DNA of 64,000 nt from contig OY968788.1 of assembly GCA_963695435.1 (NCBI GenBank), forward strand, positions 134,330 to 198,329, read 5' to 3'. The position numbers and the translations under genes are program-made. Source of the DNA: an uncultured bacterium. GTDB lineage: Bacteria; Patescibacteriota; Kazan-3B-28. The notes beneath the pieces were generated by a model that saw only the letters and a list, made by a program, of their open reading frames with translations, was not told the DNA's origin and made no database searches. Of this stretch, positions 56,037 to 64,000 are shown piece after piece; within the stretch, counting starts at the first letter, position 1, and each line of letters starts with the position of its first letter.

Positions 56037-56496
56037 AGCAGAATTAGTAAAAAAATTAAGAGATTTGACTTCTGCCGGAATGATGGAAGCCAAGCAGGCT
56101 TTGATGGAAGCAGGCGGTGATTTTGATAAAGCGGTAGAACTTCTAAAGGCGCGCGGTGCAGCCATTGCCGCTAAAAAGGCAGAACGGATAGCCGCTAACG
56201 GTATCGTTGCTTCATATGTTCATATCGGTAGCAAAATTGGCGTGCTGGTGGAAGTAATGGTGGAAACAGATTTTGTCGCTCGCGATGAAAAGTTTGTCAC
56301 TTTTGCTAAAGATTTAGCAATACACATTGCGGGAATGAATCCAGCCAATCTAGAGGAGCTGATGAGCCAACCTTTTGTCAAAGACCCTAGTATAACGGTG
56401 GCTGATTTGCTAAACGAGCAAGTTGCTCACTTCAAGGAAAATATTAAAATTGGCCGATTTGTACGGATGGAATTAGGGGTAGTACCAACATGTTAG
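56023..56496 (+). CDS. tsf: elongation factor Ts (short form)
   Basis: TSAGMMEAKQALMEAGGDFDKAVELLKARG. Confidence 0.88.
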   Translation: MMEIKAELVKKLRDLTSAGMMEAKQALMEAGGDFDKAVELLKARGAAIAAKKAERIAANGIVASYVHIGSKIGVLVEVMVETDFVARDEKFVTFAKDLAIHIAGMNPANLEELMSQPFVKDPSITVADLLNEQVAHFKENIKIGRFVRMELGVVPTC

Positions 56497-57035
56497 ATGA
56501 ACTTAAATCCAAGTTGGATCAGAGTTTGGCAGTGTTTCGCGAAGATTTGAATGGTGTACGCACGGGCAGAGCCGGTGCGGGTTTGGTAGAAAATCTGGTG
56601 GCGGATGTTTACGGCAGTAAGATGCCGTTGAAGCAGATTGCGAGTGTGATGGTACCAGACTCCCGCTCTATCGCTATTCAACCGTGGGACAAGGCAAATC
56701 TGGCATCAATTGAGAAAGCGATTCGGGAATCTGATTTGGGATTTAATCCTGTAAACGATGGAACGATGGTGCGAATCAATGTCCCTCCGCTTTCAGAAGA
56801 GCGCAGAGCTGAGTTGGCAAAGATTGCATCCAGTAAGGCGGAAAATGCTAAGGTGGTTATTCGCAATGTGCGGCGAGAAGTGATGGATAAGATTACCGGG
56901 CAAGTAAGAGATAAGCAGATCGGTGAGGACGAACAGAATCGCTTAGAAAAACAGGTGCAGGAAAAAGTTGACGGAGCAATCGCTTCCATTGACGAATTAT
57001 TCAAACAAAAAGAAGCCGAGATCAAAACAGTCTAA
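56490..57035 (+). CDS. frr: ribosome recycling factor
   Basis: RTGRAGAGLVENLVADVYGSKMPLKQIA. Confidence 0.92.
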   Translation: MLDELKSKLDQSLAVFREDLNGVRTGRAGAGLVENLVADVYGSKMPLKQIASVMVPDSRSIAIQPWDKANLASIEKAIRESDLGFNPVNDGTMVRINVPPLSEERRAELAKIASSKAENAKVVIRNVRREVMDKITGQVRDKQIGEDEQNRLEKQVQEKVDGAIASIDELFKQKEAEIKTV

Positions 57036-57057
57036 GTTGCTCGGAGTGAAAACCCAG

Positions 57058-57140
57058 AAATAGGGTTTTCCCTTCCGACGCTCGCTAACGCTCACTGCCT
57101 CCCTTTCCAAGAGGAGTTCGCAGTCCGAAGTGAATTCGAG
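57058..57140 (+). repeat. possible diverged family G copy after frr
   Basis: cgacgctcgctaacgctcactgcctcc resembles cgacgctcgtgggc...gctcactgctcttacctcc. Weak. Confidence 0.3.
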
Positions 57141-57194
57141 ACTGCTCACGGGCAGAATCTAGAATATAGAATTGATGATTCAGAGGGATTTGGG

Positions 57195-57887
57195 TTGAAT
57201 CAGATAACTCCGCAACATATTTCGTTTGTGCTGGACGGTAATCGGCGCTGGGCTAAGGCGCAGGGGTTGCCAACATTAGAGGGGCATCTGCGAGGAACGG
57301 ATGCGGTGTTTAATATTATTCAGTGGTGCAGTGAGGTGGGCGTGAAATATCTGACCACTTATGCTTTTTCGACAGAAAACTGGGATCGGCCGCAGGAGGA
57401 ATTGAATTATTTGTTTGGGATTGTGTTTGAGCAGGGCATCAAAAAATATTTGCCACAGTTGCTGAAAGATAATGTAAAAGTAAATTTGTTTGGGCGTCTT
57501 GATAGATTTCCGGCAAAAATGCAGGCCGTTATTAATGATCTGTTAGCAAAGACGGCGGGGGGCACGGGTTTGATATGGAATGTTTGCATGGATTATGGCG
57601 GGCGAGCAGAGATTATCCAGGCGGTAAAGAAAATCGTGGAGGCAGGGGTAGTACCAGAGGAGATTACTGACCAGGCTATTACCAACCAGATGTATTCTGC
57701 GGGGGTGCCAGACCCGGATTTGATGATTCGTACTGGCGGGGAACACCGGTTGAGCAACTTCTTGCTATGGCAGCACGCCTATACGGAACTGTATTTCGCC
57801 GAGATTTATTTGCCTGCTTTTTCTAAAAAAGATTTTGATGAGGCGTTGGAGTGGTACGCTAATAGGGAACGGAGATACGGGAAATAG
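57195..57887 (+). CDS. uppS: undecaprenyl diphosphate synthase
   Basis: VLDGNRRWA, YLTTYAFSTENW. Confidence 0.9.
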   Translation: MNQITPQHISFVLDGNRRWAKAQGLPTLEGHLRGTDAVFNIIQWCSEVGVKYLTTYAFSTENWDRPQEELNYLFGIVFEQGIKKYLPQLLKDNVKVNLFGRLDRFPAKMQAVINDLLAKTAGGTGLIWNVCMDYGGRAEIIQAVKKIVEAGVVPEEITDQAITNQMYSAGVPDPDLMIRTGGEHRLSNFLLWQHAYTELYFAEIYLPAFSKKDFDEALEWYANRERRYGK

Positions 57888-57934
57888 AGAATAGAGAATA
57901 GAGAATAGAGAATAGAGAATAGAGAATAGAGAAT
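57883..57934. repeat. tandem heptamer (agagaat) x7 filling the uppS-rseP gap
   Basis: atagagaatagagaatagagaatagagaatagagaatagagaatg runs from the uppS stop to the rseP ATG. Confidence 0.9.
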
Positions 57935-59015
57935 GACTTTTGTTACAGTAATAGTTTTCATTTTGATTTTCAGCCTGCTGGTGCTGGTGCACGAGGCGGG
58001 TCATTTTATGGCCGCCAAAAGAGCGGGAGTGAAGGTGGAAGAATTCGGGCTTGGATTGCCACCGCGAATTTGGGGCAAAAGAAAACACGGGACAATTTGG
58101 TCATTCAACTGGATTCCATTTGGCGGGTTTGTTCGGCTGAAGGGCGAGGATGGTGAACACGCGCACGATAAAGATTCGATGGCGCACAAAAAAGCCGGTC
58201 CAAGACTTTGGATCATTGTCGCGGGAGTGTTGATGAACTTTTTATTGGCGTATGTTTTGTTGATGCTTGGTTTTTGGTTTGGGATGGCGCCACTGGCACT
58301 TGATTTAAAAGCATTGGGCGAAGGAGAATATCAATCAAAGGTGATAGTGCTGGATGTGGTAAAGGGTTCCCCGGCAGAAACTGCTGGTATCAAGTCGGGA
58401 GATACAATTGTTTCTGTAGGGGGAACACAGATTACTTTAGTTAGCCAGTTACAGAGTATTTTGGCCGCAAAGACTAGTGCCAAAATAATCGTGGAACGGG
58501 ACGAGAAACCTGTGGCGCTGACAGTCGCAACTAAGGCGGAAGATGGAAAACGAATTATTGGGGTGTTGATAGATGAGGTGGTGGCATCGGTGAAATACAC
58601 TTGGTGGAAGGTGCCGTATTACGCGCTGTTAGATTTTATTTTGTTAGTGAAGCAAATTGCTGCCGCGTTGGTAGCGTTTGTGGTGCATTTATTTACAACT
58701 GCTTCAATTCAGGAATCAGTATCGGGGCCGGTGGGGATTGCTAAAGTTACTAGTGAGGCGGTGAAACTGGGATGGCTCTATACATTACAGTTGGTGGCAT
58801 TTTTGAGCGTGAACTTGGGGTTGATCAATATTGTTCCGTTCCCGGCACTGGATGGCGGGAGGTTGATATTTATTCTGCTTGAAATGGGAAGGGGCGGGAA
58901 GAAGGTCAGCAAAAAAGTTGAGAATGCGATTCACAGTCTCGGATTTATTTTATTGTTAGCACTAATTTTTGCAGTTACTTACCGAGACATCATTCATCTA
59001 TTCAATCCGGCCTAA
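57933..59015 (+). CDS. rseP: RIP zinc metalloprotease RseP (M50, with PDZ)
   Basis: LVHEAGHFMAAK (HExxH), PDZ segment, NIVPFPALDGG. Confidence 0.88.
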   Translation: MTFVTVIVFILIFSLLVLVHEAGHFMAAKRAGVKVEEFGLGLPPRIWGKRKHGTIWSFNWIPFGGFVRLKGEDGEHAHDKDSMAHKKAGPRLWIIVAGVLMNFLLAYVLLMLGFWFGMAPLALDLKALGEGEYQSKVIVLDVVKGSPAETAGIKSGDTIVSVGGTQITLVSQLQSILAAKTSAKIIVERDEKPVALTVATKAEDGKRIIGVLIDEVVASVKYTWWKVPYYALLDFILLVKQIAAALVAFVVHLFTTASIQESVSGPVGIAKVTSEAVKLGWLYTLQLVAFLSVNLGLINIVPFPALDGGRLIFILLEMGRGGKKVSKKVENAIHSLGFILLLALIFAVTYRDIIHLFNPA

Positions 59016-59018
59016 TTC

Positions 59019-59816
59019 ATGAGATTACTTGAGGGGAAGAAGTTGGCGGATAAAATGACTCGCAGTTTAGCGGGGAAGTTTAGGGGTGTAGGGACACTTG
59101 CAGGGGTACTGGTGGGCGATAATTCTGCCTCTATCCTGTATTTAAAGAAGAAGAAGGAGTTGGCGGAGACGCTTGGGGTAAAGTTTGTTTTGCACAAATT
59201 GCCCTCTAAGGCGACGCTTAAACAAGTAGTCGGTCTAATTGAGAAATTGAATTGCGACAAAAAGACAGCGGGGATTATTGTTCAACTTCCATTACCGAAA
59301 CATTTAGATACAGACGCGATTGTGAATATGGTTGAGCCAAAAAAAGATGTTGATGGATTGACGGATGCGAATAATATTTCAGGGGAAGTGTTGCCAGCAA
59401 CGGCAACGGGAATTTTGAAACTGCTTGCGGAATATAAAATATCGTTAGCGAATAAAAAGATTGTATTGGTTGGATGGACTAGGCTTTTGAATATTCCATT
59501 GAGTTTGTATTTTGCAAGAAAAGGGAATCAAGTGGTGGTAATTCAAGAAGGAACGAAGAATTTTGGCGAACTTAAACAAGCCGACATTATTATTACCGCA
59601 GTTGGAAAAGCGAATTTAATTAAGGGCAAAGATATCAAAGAAGGAGCAGTAGTGGTGGATGCAGGGATAAGTCGGGCAGGGGGCAAGTTAGTGGGGGACT
59701 GCGAGTTTGCTTCGGTCAGTAAAAAGGCGAGTTTTATAACGCCGGTGCCGGGTGGGGTAGGACCGATGACGGTGGTGAGTCTGTTGATAAACCTGAAAAC
59801 ACTGTCTAAAAAGTAG
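59019..59816 (+). CDS. folD: bifunctional methylenetetrahydrofolate dehydrogenase/cyclohydrolase
   Basis: GIIVQLPLP, DVDG, PVPGGVGPMT. Confidence 0.85.
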   Translation: MRLLEGKKLADKMTRSLAGKFRGVGTLAGVLVGDNSASILYLKKKKELAETLGVKFVLHKLPSKATLKQVVGLIEKLNCDKKTAGIIVQLPLPKHLDTDAIVNMVEPKKDVDGLTDANNISGEVLPATATGILKLLAEYKISLANKKIVLVGWTRLLNIPLSLYFARKGNQVVVIQEGTKNFGELKQADIIITAVGKANLIKGKDIKEGAVVVDAGISRAGGKLVGDCEFASVSKKASFITPVPGGVGPMTVVSLLINLKTLSKK

Positions 59817-59916
59817 CTCTGGGAGTGGATTTTAGACGGGGTTGACAGGAGAAAGCGTTTCCTTATAATTCATTTGTGCTAGGTCTAGATAGACCTAGTG
59901 GGGAGAAGTTTTTATT

Positions 59917-60393
59917 ATGATGGACGTTCAAGAATTGTATTTGTCAAAAGAGGGTTGGACCAAGCTGAAAGAGGAGCTGGCCGATCTTCAACTTCAAAGA
60001 GTCGAAGTAACGCAAAAAATCCGCGAAGCGCGGGAGTTTGGTGATTTGTCAGAAAACGCAGAATATCAGGAAGCAAAAACTCGCCAAGCGTTTATTGAAG
60101 GACGAATTGAAGAAATTGAAACAACGCTGAAGACAGCGAAGATTATCAATGGCAACGGTAACGGCGGGATCAATGGCGGTGAAGTGACAGTTGGTTCACA
60201 AGTGACAGTGAAGTTCAATGGTAAAGAAATTACTTACGACATTACCGGCTCCAATGAAGCTAGTCCTGAAGAAGGGAAGATCTCTAACGAATCGCCGTTG
60301 GGCAGAACTCTTATTGGCAGAAGAATTGGTGAAAAAGTGAAACTTGCGACTGGTGAAGGGGAGAGAGAATACCAGATCGTCAAAGTCAGCTAA
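59917..60393 (+). CDS. greA: transcription elongation factor GreA
   Basis: GDLSENAEYQEAK. Confidence 0.9.
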   Translation: MMDVQELYLSKEGWTKLKEELADLQLQRVEVTQKIREAREFGDLSENAEYQEAKTRQAFIEGRIEEIETTLKTAKIINGNGNGGINGGEVTVGSQVTVKFNGKEITYDITGSNEASPEEGKISNESPLGRTLIGRRIGEKVKLATGEGEREYQIVKVS

Positions 60394-60473
60394 ATTGGGT
60401 TGTTTGCGGAGAGGCGGTTCTGCCGTTCGGCAGAGCTGTTTTTGTGTATCCGACCTGATATAATAGTCAGGTT

Positions 60474-61943
60474 ATGGATAGTATCGACCAGATTATTTCA
60501 TTTAGATTAGAGAAGCTTCGGAAGCTACGGGAGAAGGGTGTTGACCCTTATCCTGCGAAATCTAACCGTACTTTGCGGGTGGATGAATTTGTAGAGAAGT
60601 TTGCTACTCTCAAGCGCGGTGGTAAAGCAGTGACGCTGGTAGGCAGGGTGATGGCGTTCCGAGAATTTGGCGGGCTTTCTTTTGGAAGAATAAAAGACGG
60701 ACACGGGGAAACGCAGATTTTGTTCAAGAAAGATGAAATAGGAGAGAAGGCTTACAAAGATTTAGGGTTGCTGGATATCGGTGACATTGTGCAGGTGCGC
60801 GGGAAAGCAATGCTCACTAAAAAAGGCGAAAAAACTTTGCTTGTGAGTACGCTCACAATGTTAGCGAAGAGTTTGCGTCCATTGCCCGAAAAATGGCACG
60901 GATTGACGGATCAAGAATCAAGATTCCGCCAAAGATATTTGGATTTGTTATTTAATTCCGAAATTAAAGAAAGATTTATTGTTCGGCACAAATTGGTGCA
61001 GACTATCCGCGAATTTTTGTTGAAGAGAGATTATGTCGAAGTAGATACTCCTGCGCTTCAGCCAATGCCCGGAGGCGCTCTCGCAACGCCATTTAAAACG
61101 CATTACAACGCGACTAATTCGGATGTGTATCTGCGGATTGCGCCAGAGCTGTATCTGAAGAGATTGATTATCGGGGGATTTGAGCGGGTGTTTGAGTTTG
61201 CCCGAGTATTTAGAAACGAAGGGGTTTCTACCCAGCATTTGCAGGATTTCACGATGCTGGAGTTTTATCAGGCGTATGCGACTTATGAAGATTTGATGAA
61301 GTTGACGGAAGATATGTTCACAGAAGTTTTGAAAAAAGTTTTCAAGACGACAAAGATAAAGTTTGGTGATAAAAATATCGATTTCAAAACGCCGTGGCCG
61401 AGAAAAACTTTTGGCCAACTAATCAAACAATATGCCGATATTGATATCGAAGCGTTCCCGACTGTCGAAAAACTGCAGGCGGAAATAAAGCGCAAGAAAA
61501 TAAAGATGAATTATTCAGGAAAGGCTGGGAGAGGAAAATTGATTGACGAACTATACAAAGAAAAAGTTCGGGCGAATTTGGTGAACCCGATTTTCTTAAT
61601 CGATCATCCGCTGGATTTGTCTCCGCTTTCCAAACAAAAAGATAATGACGAGACGAAAGTTCAGCGATTCCAGCTGGTGGTTTGCGGGATGGAAATCGTG
61701 AATGCGTTTTCGGAGCTGAATGATCCGATTGATCAGAAGGAGCGGTTCAAGGCGCAGGCGAAAATGAAAAAAGAGGGTGATGCGGAAGCTCACTCGATGG
61801 ATGATGATTTTGTGAAAGCATTAGAATATGGAATGCCACCGACAGCAGGTTTTGGGATGGGGATTGATAGGCTGGTGGCTATTCTGACTGATGCCGAGTC
61901 GGTACGGGAAGCGGTGCTATTTCCATTTGTAAAAGACAAATAA
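60474..61943 (+). CDS. lysS: lysyl-tRNA synthetase (class II)
   Basis: Class II motif 2 FRNEG in RVFRNEGVSTQH. OB-fold N-terminus. Extended -10 tgatataat at 60449-60457. Confidence 0.9.
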   Translation: MDSIDQIISFRLEKLRKLREKGVDPYPAKSNRTLRVDEFVEKFATLKRGGKAVTLVGRVMAFREFGGLSFGRIKDGHGETQILFKKDEIGEKAYKDLGLLDIGDIVQVRGKAMLTKKGEKTLLVSTLTMLAKSLRPLPEKWHGLTDQESRFRQRYLDLLFNSEIKERFIVRHKLVQTIREFLLKRDYVEVDTPALQPMPGGALATPFKTHYNATNSDVYLRIAPELYLKRLIIGGFERVFEFARVFRNEGVSTQHLQDFTMLEFYQAYATYEDLMKLTEDMFTEVLKKVFKTTKIKFGDKNIDFKTPWPRKTFGQLIKQYADIDIEAFPTVEKLQAEIKRKKIKMNYSGKAGRGKLIDELYKEKVRANLVNPIFLIDHPLDLSPLSKQKDNDETKVQRFQLVVCGMEIVNAFSELNDPIDQKERFKAQAKMKKEGDAEAHSMDDDFVKALEYGMPPTAGFGMGIDRLVAILTDAESVREAVLFPFVKDK

Positions 61944-61944
61944 T

Positions 61945-63153
61945 ATGTTGGATTTTAAAGCAATCAAAAACAATCAGGACGAATGGGAAGCAGGGCTAAA
62001 GCGCAAGGGCGCTAAAGTTAATTTGGATAATCTGATAGAGCTTTCGGGCAAATACAGCGATTTACTGCAAAAAGTAGAAGCTTCGCGGGCAGACAAAAAT
62101 GCGGCGGCGAAGCATAAGGATGTTGAAGCGGGGAAGAAAATTGGCAAGGAGCTGGAAAAACTGGAAAAAGATTTGGCAAAATTGGAAGCTGAATTGGAGA
62201 AAGAATCTGTCGAGATTCCAAATCTGCCTTTGGCGGATGTGCCCGAAGGTGGGGAAGCGGATGGAAAAGTTTTGGGCAAAAACGGCGAAGTTTCAAAAAT
62301 AAAACATCCCAAAGACCATGTTGAATTAGGCAAGACATTAAACATTATTGATATTGAGCGGGGAGCGAAAGTTTCGGGCGCAAGATTTTACTTTCTGAAG
62401 AATCAAGCGGTGCAGTTAGAATTTGCGTTGGTGAATTATGTTTTGGAAATTTTAGGGAAGAAAGGCTTTGATTTTCTGATGGGTCCGCAGTTGCTTTCTG
62501 AAAAAGTGATGATGGCGGGCGGATATTTGGGGAAGGCGAAAGATGAAGTTTACAAAACGCAGGACGATTTGTATTTGGCGGGGACATCCGAGCAAATTAT
62601 TTTGGGATATCATTTGGACGAAATTATTGAAGTGCCGAAGCGGTACGCCAGTTTTTCAACTTGTTTTAGAAGAGAGGCGGGAAGCTACGGCAAAGATGTG
62701 AAGGGGATTATTCGCACTCATCAATTCGACAAAGTAGAAATGTTTTCATTTGTTATTCCCGAACAGTCAGAAAAGGAACTTGAATTTTTGGTGAGTGTTC
62801 AGGAGGAGATTTTGCAAGGGCTGGAAATCCCGTATCAAAAAATAATGTTGGCGGGAGGGGATTTGAGTATTGCCAGCGCCAAGACGATTGATTTGGAAAG
62901 TTGGATTCCATCCCAAGAGAAATATCGGGAAACTCATTCGTGCAGTAACTGCACCGATTGGCAGGCGAGACGAGGAAATATCCGATACAAGGGCAAGGAT
63001 GGCAAATCGGAATTCGTGCATACACTAAACGGCACAGCTATTGCTATCGGGAGAATCTTGGCAGTATTTTTGGAAAATCATCAGCAGGAAGATGGAAGTG
63101 TCAGTATCCCCAAGGCGCTTCAGCCGTATTTAGGATTCAAGGAAATTAAGTAA
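61945..63153 (+). CDS. serS: seryl-tRNA synthetase
   Basis: N-terminal coiled coil. [27 protein letters not shown]. Confidence 0.9.
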   Translation: MLDFKAIKNNQDEWEAGLKRKGAKVNLDNLIELSGKYSDLLQKVEASRADKNAAAKHKDVEAGKKIGKELEKLEKDLAKLEAELEKESVEIPNLPLADVPEGGEADGKVLGKNGEVSKIKHPKDHVELGKTLNIIDIERGAKVSGARFYFLKNQAVQLEFALVNYVLEILGKKGFDFLMGPQLLSEKVMMAGGYLGKAKDEVYKTQDDLYLAGTSEQIILGYHLDEIIEVPKRYASFSTCFRREAGSYGKDVKGIIRTHQFDKVEMFSFVIPEQSEKELEFLVSVQEEILQGLEIPYQKIMLAGGDLSIASAKTIDLESWIPSQEKYRETHSCSNCTDWQARRGNIRYKGKDGKSEFVHTLNGTAIAIGRILAVFLENHQQEDGSVSIPKALQPYLGFKEIK

Positions 63154-64000
63154 TGGTGAAATTTCTCGAGCGGATTTTGGGGGATCCGAACAAACAGGCA
63201 ATCAAGAAACTAAAGCCGATCGTTGATCGGGTTAATTTGCTGGAGCCTTCTATTGAGCCATTGTCAGATGAAGAACTAAAGGCAAAAACGGAATATTTTA
63301 AGGAACTTCTGGCGGGCGGAAAAACTTTGGATGATATTTTGCCTGAAGCTTTTGCCGTGGTGCGCGAATCAGCCAAGAGAGTTTTGGGCGAACGGCATTT
63401 TGATGTTCAGTTGATGGGAGGCGCAGCACTTCACCAAGGAAAAATTGCGGAGATGAGAACGGGTGAAGGAAAAACTTTGGTTGCCACTTTGCCTGTCTAT
63501 TTGAATGCTTTGAGCGGAAAAGGTGTGCATGTTGTTACCGTAAACGATTACCTGGCTAAGCGTGACTCGGAATGGATGGGTAAGGTTTATGAATTTTTGG
63601 GGCTGACCGTGGGTGTGATTACGCACGATACCAGCCCAACGGATAGAAAGATGGCGTATGCGGCTGATATTACTTACGGAACAAACAATGAATTCGGGTT
63701 TGATTATTTGCGGGACAATATGGCGGGGCGGAAAGAGGATCAAGTCCAGCGAGGGCTGAACTTTGCCATCGTGGACGAAGTTGACTCTATTTTGGTTGAT
63801 GAAGCGAGAACTCCTTTGATTATTTCCGCACCCGACGAGGAATCGACCCAGCATTACAAACAATTTGCGGCACTGGTACCGCAACTGCAAAAAGATACCG
63901 ATTATACGACTGACGATAAAACTAAGTCGGCGATTTTGACGGAAGCGGGAATTGAGAAAATCCAAAAGCTTCTTGGCATTGATGATATTTATGAATCGGG
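63154..64000 (+). CDS. secA: preprotein translocase ATPase SecA, N-terminal part (continues beyond right edge)
   Basis: [56 protein letters not shown]. Absent from the ORF track because truncated. Confidence 0.9.

Noticed and set aside
57765-58088. 107-aa ORF on - strand with SLFSILY repeats
   Set aside because: The translation is just the (agagaat)n microsatellite read antisense. Overlaps rseP start.
63369-63965. 198-aa ORF on - strand
   Set aside because: Antisense to secA, which has unmistakable motifs on the + strand.
1-64000. CRISPR arrays, cas operons, transposases/integrases, prophage structural genes
   Set aside because: Looked for regularly spaced direct repeats and for recognisable transposase/integrase/capsid motifs and found none. 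The only Cas-related signals are an isolated Cas2-like fold and an isolated Cas4-like nuclease.

Overview
This 64-kb window comes from a small, streamlined bacterial genome with the standard genetic code (TGA is a stop). Gene content and pared-down operons (rpsB-tsf-frr-uppS-rseP without pyrH/cdsA/dxr; rplKA and rplJL without secE-nusG or rpoBC) tentatively suggest a Patescibacteria/CPR-like organism.

Core genes: recG (partial), tyrS, a class A PBP, tig, clpP, holB, a tRNA-Thr/Tyr/Thr cluster, rplK-rplA-tmk-rplJ-rplL, an ABC exporter, secDF, hisS, a HIT protein, rpsU-yqeY-ybeY, ftsA-ftsZ, nrdR-nrdJ, ileS, rplU, lepB, tRNA-Val, rpsB-tsf-frr-uppS-rseP-folD, greA, lysS, serS and secA (partial).

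Accessory content:
- A low-GC island at about 5.7-13.6 kb carries HigB/HigA-like and HicA/HicB-like toxin-antitoxin pairs, an atypical restriction-modification-like cluster (a duplicated Eco57I-type adenine methyltransferase N-terminus, then a T5orf172/GIY-YIG-like domain fused to an SF2 helicase), and two very AT-rich unknown ORFs, one with an Rx4H HEPN-like motif.
- A winged-helix/Cas2-like (PaaX-like) gene flanked by identical 35-bp palindromes is inserted between tig and clpP.
- A 1457-aa protein combines two class III nucleotidyl-cyclase domains with a STAND P-loop NTPase and TPR repeats.
- A standalone Cas4-like PD-(D/E)xK nuclease is present.
- At least seven families of dispersed, hairpin-rich intergenic repeats (MITE/REP-like) sit at gene boundaries.

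No CRISPR array, transposase or integrase was recognised.
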